A stretch of 64,000 nucleotides of DNA, from assembly GCA_038087875.1 (NCBI GenBank), contig CM075991.1, forward strand, positions 5,704,001-5,768,000. Reading direction: 5' to 3'. Origin of the DNA: Malacoraja senta. Taxonomy: Eukaryota. Positions 11,970 to 22,612 of the stretch are shown one piece after another. Made by a program: the position numbers and the translations under genes. Position 1 is the stretch's first letter. Every line of letters starts with the position of its first letter. Under the pieces are notes generated by a model. That model did no database searches. It worked only from the letters and a program-made list of their open reading frames with translations, and was not told the DNA's origin.

Positions 11970-12718
11970 TTCTTATTTTAATATTTAATTTTATTAGAAG
12001 TAAGTACAGTCATATGGCACCAAAGTGCCTAATATATATTTGCATAATACATTTTATGTACATCTTTTTTTTATTATAATAAAGAAGAATAAGAAAAATA
12101 AATTAGATAATAAAGAATAGAAAAACGTGAGGTATAGTGTGTGAAAAAGAAAAAAAGAGAATGAAAGAGGAAAGTTGAAGAAAAGAGAATAGGAAAAAGA
12201 GTAAAAAATACAAATAAAAAGAAATAAGGAGATCATTATTTATAATCGACCATCCCCCACCCAGTCCTGAAACAGTTCGTTTCTACAATTATGTTGTACT
12301 ATATGATTCCAAAAAGACGACAAATGGAACTAACTCGTTAAGAATTGGTCTGATTTTTCTATTAGGAGGAATCACATTTCTTCAAGATGTGCGGTCCAAC
12401 ATGCTGGCGATCCACATTTTAAGCGTTGGTATTGGTGTATTTTTCCAAAATTTAAGTATTAGTTTTTTTTGCAATTATTAAACCATAATTAAAAAATAAA
12501 TGTTGAGGTAAGTTCAATTTATTCCCATCTTCCATTACTCCAAATATAATAATTTCAGTATTAGGTTCCATTCCTATCTTGAATAATTTTGTAAATATAT
12601 CAAAAATATCACTCGAAAATCTATAACGTTTTATGCACGAAACAAAAGAGTGTGTTATAGTTGCGTTTTGGGATATACATTTATCACAAATGGGGGATAT
12701 ATTTGGATAGAATTTGTG
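11970..12718 (-). mobile_element. L1 3' end (same insertion as at 31848), truncated by deletion
   Basis: KFYPNISPICDKC...THSFVSC (ORF2 cysteine-rich C-terminus); inserted after CTGGATCTTT; empty site at ~13170 and ~58750. Confidence 0.9.
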
Positions 12719-12730
12719 ATTTGGATAGAA

Positions 12731-12955
12731 CCCTATTTGGTTCATTCTCTGACATGGCAAACACGTAATTTCTTTTACATCGATAGATATTTGAGCAGCT
12801 CGGTATATATCCTGCAGAAGTTTGGATTTAAGTTGCAGATTGTCAGTATGTGCACAAACACGTGTATCTATACACTGACACAGAGGAAATTCAGGGATCA
12901 ACTGAAGAGGGGAGTGAAATATCCACTCACATTGAATGGCCGATTATGTAGTTGA
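12731..12955 (+). pseudogene. 3' fragment (end of TM6 to stop) of a fourth GPCR paralogue, G4
   Basis: PYLVHSLTWQTRNFFYIDRYLSS...LNGRLCS* aligns to the G1-G3 C-termini and is followed by the homologous 3' flank to ~13410; the 5' part is replaced by antisense L1. Confidence 0.88.
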
Positions 12956-13411
12956 CGTGTTACTCTGATAGCAACTTGGATGAAATTTCAAATAAATGTC
13001 TTTAACTATTCGTACGTTCGGTAAAATGCCACCAAGTCAATGAAGGTATGCACTTGATAACCGAGAACCCGGTATACTCACTTAAATTGGTCACGTTTGG
13101 AAAGTGTAAACACATGCTGCCTGTTGCAGTTGTGATGTTGCCTTGGTGGAATTATATTCCAAACCACTGGATCTTTGATCGCTGCAACATACTTTGAGAT
13201 ATCTGGAGAATATATTATAACTCAGAACTGGAACTCTGATGTCAGATGAATTGAACCGGAATATTTCGGTTTTCCATAGAATTACATCATTCCTGTGGAC
13301 TAATGGTTCCTCAGTGAAACATTTCGCCGCTCATAACACAACTAAAATGTAGCAGCTGGTGAAAGAACACTCTAACGCGGAGATTGTAGTTTTTGCTTGT
13401 TTTAGTATAAA

Positions 13412-13500
13412 CTTGACTAAGTGGGAGCGGGTCCCATGTTCACACGGGAGGGCTGGTCCCCCAACGCAATATTTCACCTCTATCCACCAATTCCAATATT
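13412..13500 (-). mobile_element. Helitron-like 3' terminus; copy ~58991-59082
   Basis: Minus strand shows a degenerate GGGACCC hairpin shortly before a terminal CTAG|T (intact at 58991-58994). Confidence 0.4.
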
Positions 13501-15355
13501 AATAAATGTCTCTGTAACCTTTTATCTTTGTCTTTCCCCAAAGCTAATTTTAAACTTACGTTTCTTGTTGTTTAGAAATCTCCCTCCCATATATCTAACA
13601 TGTATTTACCATAAATGTCCAGATTGAGTCCGCTCGTAAAATAAGTCGTAAGTTAAACTTTGGGAGACTTGCCTGCTAAACACAATGACCAAAAGCACCT
13701 CTAATGCAAAATTGCAACGGATAAGAACGTAGACAGTACTAAAAAGGGCTATCATCCCCGACTGATAAGAATGCCCGCTCCTCAGCAGAATGTTTCATTT
13801 TTAGCTATTTTAACTACGTTCTATCTTGGCCATTTTCCCGTCATGCTCGCCAGTATGTGAGCTCCAGGGTTACTCAAACTATAACCTACTCATCTTCCTT
13901 ATAATTCTCACAACTCTCTACCTTTCCCCCTTTTGGCAATTGGTCACACCCAATTAATCCATATTTAACAGCACCCACTAATACACCTACTGAAAATAAT
14001 TGTTGTCTGTTAACCCCTCTTCCCACCTGCCTAACTAACATCAGGGTTTTCAACATCCTGTGAAACTAAAACAAGAACAAAGTAATCACTATCAATAACT
14101 GTACAAAAACTAATCAAACGGTGCACGTTAGTATTCAGTCCCCAGTTCCAGGCTCTTCCCCACCAAGTCCATTTTCTCAATATGTCCTCTGCTTCTCTGC
14201 CATGCATCCCAATAGGCTTAGTGCTCTCAGGCCAGTCAAGTATAACCATTTCACCCTCCTTGGTCAGTGTCTTCCAATCGGAATGGAAGTGTGGTATTTG
14301 TTGAAGTTGGTTTGCGATAAATCTTCTTAATGTCTCGTCCGAGTCATTCCGCACGACAAAGAAGCTTACTGTTATAGATTTTCCCACAGACAGTACCATT
14401 AATTTCTTGTCTCGGATAGCGATCTGTCTCGTTAAACCCCGGTTTACAATATTATGCCAACGTAGAGTACATTTCCGAGCAATCGTTCAATGCCACTTAG
14501 CAGAGGCAGCGACCTAATATTTTCCCATTTATAGGCAACACTAGCAAAATAAGAATTAGGTTTTACCTCAATCGAAAGCTTACCATTATATAGTGAATAA
14601 ATCCACAACCATCATACTCATTATTTCTTATTTGATGACTCGGTCCAATATGATGCCCCTTGGTACTTTATCCATTATCACATTACTTTCAATAGCATTG
14701 TGCATTGTTATCGAAGCTCCTTGTTTATACTGCCCAATAATATGCAACTGGTGTAGGATAAATGTCTTATTCTTCAGCTGGCGTGGGACATGGAGAACAA
14801 CTGCAAAAATAAATGTTTCCTGAGCATCTTGGTATATCCGATCCACTTGCCTCGCTATAGACAACGATCATACGTGACAGTCATATTGCATATGTTGACT
14901 CCAATTTTCCAGTTGATGATTCGATATAAAATTGGGGACTTGGTGGGTAGATACCATTAGAATGCCACCATGCACCTGACACATTAGCCAGTTGGAATAA
15001 ATACCACATACCTGTTCCCTACGCGCATTCTGAGAAATATTACTCAGTAGATTACTCAGTCTATCGTTCTGTTTATTGTGTCCTCATAGGGTTTAAGAAT
15101 TTTATCTCCCGTAAGAAAGATTTGCAATGCTAAGTGTCTCGGCATCTTTAAATCCCAGTACGGCCACTTTACACATCTTCTTTCAAACTGTTCTAATGTC
15201 ACAATAAGTTCAGCTACATCCATCACATTAACCCGTGGATAACTCTGTTGCACATCCAGCGCCCATTATCTCTATAAATTCCCTTCATGTTCTATGTGTT
15301 TTATTCATTTCAACTTCACGTTCCTTTCCACTTCCACTTCCACTTCTCGAATCAA
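13500..15355 (-). mobile_element. env: Endogenous retrovirus fragment: env TM subunit, polypurine tract and partial 3' LTR
   Basis: R-T-(TGA)-R furin-like site at 15282-15293, then EFIEIMGAGCATELST/VNVMDVAEL; WTWWGRAWNWG before a decayed anchor; PPT AAAAGGGGGAAA at 13923-13934 followed by GGTAGAG (TG>GG LTR start). Confidence 0.75.
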
Positions 15356-15360
15356 TGACA

Positions 15361-18060
15361 AGGAAAGATTGACAATGGACAACAGAGTAAGGTCAGGTCC
15401 AATTGCGAGCGGTGCGAGGGTGGAAGTGAATACGGAGGTCAAAGTACTGTGTATGAATGCGCGAAGTATATGGAATAAAGCGGACGAGTTTGAGGCTCAG
15501 TTAGAAACTGGCAAGTTTGATGTTGTGGGAATTACTGAGACATGGCTGCAAGGGGGCCAGGGCTGGGAACTGAATATTCAATGGTATACCTCCTTACGAA
15601 AAGACAAACAGGTGGGCAGAGGGGGTGGGGTTGCCCTGTTGGTGAGGAATGGAATTCAGTCCCTTGCAAGGGTTGACATTGAAACACGAGATGTGGAGTC
15701 AGTATGGATAGAACTAAGGAATTGGAATGGTAAAAATACCCAAATGGGACTAATCTACAGGCCCCCAAACAGTAGCCTGGACATAGGGCGCAAGTTGAAT
15801 CAGAAGTTAAAATTGGCATGCAGCAAAAGTAATGCTGTGGTTGTTATGGGAGATTTCAACGTGCAGGTAGACTGGGAAAATCAGGTTGGTACTGGACCCC
15901 AAGAAGGGGACTTTGTAGAGTGCCTTCGTGATGGATTCATCGAACAGCTTGTATTGGAGCCTACCAAGGAAAAGGCAATCTGGATTTAGTGTTATGTAAT
16001 GAACCGGATTTGATAAAGGACCTCGAGGTTAATGAGCCATTTGGAGGCAGTGACCATAACATGGTCAGGTTTAATCCACAGTTGGAGAGGGCGAACAGTA
16101 CATCGGAGGTGTCAGTGTTGCAGTTGTATAAAGGGGACTATGGGACCATGTGGGAGGAGCTGGCCAAAGTTGACTGGAAAGATACACTAGCAGGGATGAC
16201 AGTGGAACAAAAATTGCAGGTGTTTCTAGGAATAATACAGAAGGTGCGGGATCAGTTCATTCCTAGGAGGAAGAATGATTCCAAGGGGAGAAAGGGACGA
16301 CCATGGCTGATAACGGACGTCAGGGACAGTATAAAAATTAAAGCGAAGAAGTACAAGGTAGCAAAGATGAGCGGGAAGCAAGAGGATTGGGTAATGTTTA
16401 AAGAACAACAGAAGATAGCCAAAAAGGCAATACGGGGAGAAAAGATGAGGTACGAAGGGAAGCTAGCCAAGAATATAAAGCAGGATAGTAAAAGCTTCTT
16501 TAGGTATGTGAAGAGGAAAAAATTAGTTAAGACCAAAGTTGGACCCTTGAATACCGAAAAGGGTGAATTTATTATGGGGAACAAAGAAATGGCAGATGAG
16601 TTGAACAAGTACTTGGGATCTGTCTTCACTAAGGAGGACACAAACAATCTTCCTGATTTAATAGTCGCCAGAGGGTCTGGGGTGACAGTGGAACTGAAGG
16701 AAATCCACATTAGGCAGAAAATGGTGTTGGATAGGCTGATGGGACTGAAGGCTGATAAATCCCCAGGGCCTGATAGTCAGCATCCCAGGGTACTTAAGGA
16801 AGTGGCTCTAGAAATCGTGGATGCATTGGTGATAATTGTCCAATGTTCTATAGACTCGGGATCAGTTCCTGTGGATTGGACGGTAGCTAATGTTATCCCA
16901 CTTTTTAAGAAAGGCGGGAGAGAGAAAACGGGTAATTATAGACCACTTAGCCTGACATCGGTGGTGAGGAAGATGCTGGAGTCAATTATAAAAAATGAGA
17001 TAGCCGCACATTTGGATAGCAGTAACAGGATCGGTCCGAGTCAGCATGGATTTGCGAATGGGAAATCATGCTTTACTATTCTTCTGGAATTTTTTGAAGA
17101 TGTAACGAGGAAAATGGACAATGGAGAGCCAGTGGATGTAGTGTACCTGGACTTTCCGAAAGCATTTGATTAGGTCCCACATAGGAGATTCAATTATGGC
17201 ACATGGTATTGTGGGTAGAGTGTTGACATGGGTAGGGAAGTGATTAGCAGACAGGAAACAAAGAGTAGGGATTAACTGGTCCCTTTCAGAATGGCAGGCA
17301 GTGACAAGTGGGGTACCACAAAGCTCTGTACTGGGACCGAGGCTATTTACAATATACATCAATGATTTGGATGAAGGAATTCAAAGTAACATTAGCAAAT
17401 TTGCAGATGACACAAAGCTGGGTGGCAGTGTGAAGGGTGGGGAGGATTTTATGAGAATGCAGGGTGACCTGGGCAGGTTGGGAGAGTGGGCAGATGCATG
17501 GCAGATGAAGTTTAATGCGGATAAATGTGAGGTTATCCACTTTGGTAGCAAAAACAGGAAGACAGATTACTATCTAAATGGTGTCAAGTTGGGAAAAGGG
17601 GAAGTACAACGGGATCTGAGGGTCCTTTTATATCAGTCTATGAAAGTAAGCATGCAGTTACAGCAGGCAGTGAAGAAAGCAAATGGCATGTTGGCCTTTA
17701 TAACAGGAGGAATCGAATATAGGAGCAAAGAGGTCCGTCTGCAGTTGTACTGAGCCCTAGTGAGACCACATCTGGAGTATTGTGTGCAGTTTTGGTCCCC
17801 AATTTGAGGAAGTACATTCTTGCTATTGAGGGTGTGCAGCGTAGGATTACAAGATAAATTCCCGGGATGGCGGGACTGTCATATGCTGAGAGAATGGAGC
17901 AGCTGGGCTTGTGCACTATGGAGGATGTGCACACTGAGAAGGATGAGAGGGTATCTCATTGAAACATATAAGATTGTTAAGGGCTTGGACAAACTAGAGG
18001 CAGAAACATGTTCCCGATGTTGAGGAAGTCCAGAACCAGGGGCCACAGTTTAAGAATAAG
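15361..18060 (+). mobile_element. CR1 ORF2 (endonuclease + RT), degraded; copy 59308-~62006
   Basis: MNARSI, GITETW, YRPPNS, MGDFN, GSDHN, NYRPLSLTS, SGVPQ.SVLGP, SKFADDTKL. Confidence 0.95.
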
Positions 18061-18075
18061 AATGTTTAAGAATTA

Positions 18076-19404
18076 TTTTCCTCTGCATTGGTCCACGCTT
18101 GCTTCTGACATATTCGAGTAGCGTGGCAAACAGTATCTGGTTTTTGTTCACTCGTATTCGGGCTGGTTCGAAATCGACCTGCTCCAAAGCCCAACATCCG
18201 CTGCAGTAATCCAAAAGCTGGCGCGCCATTTCGCCATACACAGTGCCCCCGCACGCCACTTGTCAGATAACGGCAGTCAGTCAACTAGCCAGTGTTTTAG
18301 AAATTTTGCTCAACGACGGGATTTTCGCCATGTCACCAGCAGTCCAGAATTCCCACAATCAAGCGTACTTGCAGAACGGGCTGTCCGGAGCGCCAAGCAA
18401 TTGATGGAGCGCTCACACGTTGCTAAATCCGATGTTTCACCTGCGAAACCTGCGAAACATCGCCTGTGACCCAATACTCGGGTCTCCTGCCCAACGCCTG
18501 ATGTCCCGACATCCCGTGCTATACTTCCTGTGCCCCAACATCTACTGCAGCCACAGGTTCGTTCACCAATTGCCATCAGAAACAACTCGAACTGAAACGC
18601 GATACCCAAACACGATGTTTTGACCACTTAAACCTCTATCCAGTGGCCAAGTCACTCGCCTTCAAACCAACAAGGATTGGGCCGTTTGGGCTTCATCCAC
18701 AATTCCGAAAAAGAGTCGCGCTCATGCCTGGTGAGTGCAGAGGGGGGATCTACAGGCGCAACCGTCAACATCTCCTTCCTGTCAAGGAACCACGTCCTGC
18801 TGTCTCGTATCCGGATGCGACACGTTCGATCTACACATCTACTGACCGACTTTCTCCTCTCTCACGACGTGCAGCTGCAGACCAACCATTGATTGTGACT
18901 CCAGCTCCCTCACCACCACGCTCGGTGCTCCGCCTGCCTGCCTCGCCGTGTTTGTCCCCCGGGTCCCCAGTGCTCCCGCCGCACGGTGAAGGGAGGAGAT
19001 GCGGATCTGTACCGATGCGCGCGGGATGGGTTTGTAGGCCGCCCCTTAGATATGGGGACTTTGTTTGTATCAATAGTACGTATGCGCTATTACCGTTTCG
19101 GTTACATTATTAATCAGTCAGCACCTAGTAACGTGCTTCTACATATATATCACTTTTTTGTAGATGTGTTTCACTTTATATTCTTACAAGAAAGATGTAG
19201 TTTTGTTACTTTACCTACTAACTAATGTAGTGCTTTATTATTTAAAGCCACACCTACTACCACGCCATTAATATTATGGCAACCCGACATGCGCTGTCAG
19301 TCAGTACTTCTGCATGATAGGAGTAACATGCTGAAGTGTTTTGTATACGTTTCTTAATAAACATTGTTAAACCAGATCTGTGAGTATGTGTGATTTACTC
19401 AACA
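18076..19404 (+). mobile_element. Gypsy integrase + 3' LTR (19196-19404); copy ~62022-63350
   Basis: SDNGSQSTSQCF...SSPEFPQSSVLAERAV; purine tract AAGAAAGA, then TGTAG...CAACA LTR with AATAAA at 19356. Confidence 0.9.
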
Positions 19405-19768
19405 AGCTTTTTGCCTGTTCCGCATCTCCTCCCGCTTACCTCAATGTTTTTCCGACTTGTTCCCGGAGCCGCGCTCCCATCGTTGTTGCCGCGGATCGCT
19501 CTCATGATCTCTGCCGGCCATGCTGGATCGGTGAATAAAGTGTCTACAAACAAATGGGTTATGCTAAAGTATAAGTTTAAAAGTGTTTTACGGTCGACGA
19601 GTGTTAGTGCTGATGTGCTAGTCTGAAAGATATTAAAAATATAACTGATAGTTTAAAAAACTCACAATCTCCACGGAGCTGCCATGACTGCAACTGGAGC
19701 AGGCCGCGCCATCTTGAGAGGGCGTTCCTTCAGGAGCTGACTGTGACTGGACCCGTCGCGCCATCTCT

Positions 19769-21572
19769 TATACTTCTTTTACTTCGCGCATTCATATATA
19801 ATACTTTTAATCCATTACTCGCCTCACCTTTCACATCGATTCTTATTTCACTTGGTCATACCTATCCCTTCGTGAGCTTTCTGCCCCGTTAATTCTGGTG
19901 TCTTTCTAAACTTTTCCTATCCTTTCTATCCCTTTAACTCGATCCTTATATTTCCAATATGGCTGCCCCCCCCCCCCCCCACACACACACACACACACAC
20001 CTCCCCCCACTATTTAGTTTACACCCACGTGTAGCAGTGGCAAACCGTCCTGGGATACTGAGTTGGATGAGGGATACTGAGTTGGATGAGGGATACTGAG
20101 TTGGATGAGGGATACTGAGTTGGATGAGGGATACTGAGTTGGATGAGGGATACTGTTGGATGAGGGATACTGAGTTGGATGAGGGATACTGAGTTGGATG
20201 ATCAGCCATGATCATATTGAATGGCGGTGCAGGCTCGAAGGGCCGAATGGCCTACTCCTGCACCTATTTTCTATGTATCTATGTATCTATGTCCTGCCAG
20301 TATGCTGGTCCACCGCCTGTTAAGGTACAACAAGTGCGTTCTGTACAACTCACCCTTACCTCAAAACAGATACCTGTGGTCTAAGATTCTACATCCCTGC
20401 CTCCTGCATCAGCTCCTCAGCCACACATTCAGATCCCCTATCTCCCTGTTCCCGCCCTCACGAGCACAGGGAACTGGAAGCAAACCAGACATAACCACCC
20501 TGGAGGTCCTGTTTTCAGCCTTCTTCCGCGCTTTCTGAAGTCACGCTGCAGAATCTCTTTCCTCATTTCCCGCCGTCATTTGTGCCGACATGCACTACCA
20601 CTTCCGGCTGCTCACTTTCCGCCATGAGGATGCTCTGTAATCGGTCCATGGCGACCTGGATCTTGGCACCAAGGAGGCAACACACCTTCCTTGAATCCCG
20701 CCTGTTATCGCAGAAACCCCTGTCTGTACCTTTCGCGATCGTTCCCGATTACTGCGGCTCTGCCTGACGTCTGTCACTTCGGCTTTGCTTCAGCGCTACG
20801 ATTTGACTCGCAGGCCTATCCCCCACTCAGAATGGCTGTCTCTTCTGTCCCGACAGCTTCCAAGAGGGTGAACCTGTTTTTCAAGAGGTACATCCCCCGG
20901 GGTCTCCTATACTCTCCACCTTCCTTCCCTTCGTCATCGTCACCCACCTTCTCTCTTCAGGTACCTTCGGTGTAACGATCTCGCTGTATGCCCTGTCCAG
21001 CAAACCCTAGAGCAAGCCTTGCTTATATTGGCTGATAAATTGACCGATTAGCTAACTTACCATTTTTTGGTAATTACATTCCTCAGCCAATACCCTCACT
21101 CACTCTTTCACCTGCCGCTCCTCTGCCGACCTTGACTAACCTGCGCTTGGTCCCTATCCCTCCAAACCTGTATTAACCTTGCACCTGTCTAACTGTTTCA
21201 TAAAGTATGGGATAGTCCCAGCCTCAACCACCTCTTCTGGCAGCTTGTACCACACACTCACTATCCTTTATGTGAAAAGGTTACCCCTCGGATTCCGATT
21301 CAATCATTTCCTTAAACCTAAGTCTTCTGGCAATCGATAGATCTATTCTGGGCCAGAGACTCTGTGCACCTACCCGATCTATTTCTCTCATGATTTTGTA
21401 CACCTCTATAAGACCACCCGTCATCCTCCTGCTCTGCATGGAATAGACTACTCAACCTCTCCCTAAAGCTCACACCCTCCATTCCTAGCAACATCCTCAT
21501 AAATCTTTTCTGAATATGACAATATCTTTCCTATAACATAGTGCCCAGAAATGGACACAATATTCTAGCTGC
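19769..21572 (-). mobile_element. CR1 ORF1/5'UTR and ORF2 3' fragments
   Basis: Reverse complement of ~100-1458, with additional ORF1 sequence at ~20300-20755. Confidence 0.75.
20052..20290 (+). repeat. 8 x 19-bp tandem repeat (GGGATACTGAGTTGGATGA) heading a tiny CR1 3'UTR insertion
   Basis: Eight units at 20052-20201 (one is 17 bp), then CR1 3'UTR and (TCTATGTA)n tail; GTCCTG at 20047-20052 and 20291-20296. Confidence 0.9.
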
Positions 21573-21574
21573 TC

Positions 21575-22612
21575 AGGTATAGGGTGGCATTCAAATGTTC
21601 GCTACCCACCAAGTCCCCAATTTGATATCGAATCAACAACTGGAAAAAATGAGTCAAGATATGCAATATGACTGTCACGTAAGATCGTTGTCTATAGCGA
21701 GCAAAATGGATCGGATATACCAAGATGCTCAGGGAACATATATTTTTGGGGTCGTTCTCCATGTCCCACGCCAGCTGAAGAATAAGACGTTTATCCTATA
21801 CCAGTTGCATATTATTGGGCAGTATAAACAAGGAGCTTCGATAACAATGCACTATGCTCTTGAAAATAATGTGATAATTGATAAAGTATCAAGGGGCATC
21901 ATAATGTACCGATGTCATCAAACAAGGAATAATGAGTAGGATGGAGTTTGGTTCATCATTTACTCATTATAATAACGGTAAGCTTTCGATTGATGTAAAA
22001 CCTAATGCTTCTTTTGCTAGTGTTGCCCATAAATGGGAAAATATGAGGTCGCTGCCTCTGCTAAGTGGCATTGAACGAGTGGTCGGAAATGTACTCTACG
22101 TTGGCATAATATTGTAAACCGGAGTTTTACGAGACAGATCACTATACGAGACAAGAAATTAATGGTACCGTGGGTGGGAAAATCGATAACAGTAAGCTTC
22201 ATTGTCGTACGGAATGACTCGGACGAGACATTAAGAAGATTTATCGCAAACAAATTTCAACCAATACCACACCTCCATGCTGATTGGAAGTTACTGACTA
22301 AGGAGGGTGAAATGGTTATACATGACTGGGATGAGAGCACTAAGCCTATTCGGATGCATGGCAGAGAAGCAGAGGACATATTGGAGAAAATGGACTTGGT
22401 GGGAAAGAGCCTGGAACTGGGGACTGAATACTAACGTGCATCCTTTGATTAGTTGTTGTACATAATCATTCATAGTGATTACTTTGTTCTTATTTTTGGT
22501 TTCACAGGATAAGTTGAAAACCCTGATGTTAGTTAGGCAGGTGGGAAGAGGGGATAACAGACAACAATTAGTTTCAGTAGGTGTATTAGTGGGTGCTGTT
22601 TAATATGGATTA
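21575..22612 (+). mobile_element. env: Endogenous retrovirus env TM fragment (inverted relative to ~13955-14980)
   Basis: ORFs 21595-21939 and 22162-22434 match minus ORFs 14628-14864 and 14031-14399; cut just before the PPT by the DIRS element. Confidence 0.75.

Larger units (their letters stand above)
18076..21572 (-). repeat. Older inverted duplicate of ~100-3150 (nested CR1/Rex-like/Gypsy block)
   Basis: Reverse-complement match that includes the junctions between unrelated elements; ORF 19390-19626(+) corresponds to 1600-1851(-) and 21318-21500(-) to 63-359(+). Confidence 0.9.

Noticed and set aside
12650..12955. 101-aa L1-GPCR chimeric gene
   Set aside because: The N-terminal part is antisense L1, there is no ATG or promoter evidence, and only TM7 remains.
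20052..20201. Possible CRISPR array
   Set aside because: No spacers; the unit is CR1 3' sequence; the DNA is vertebrate.
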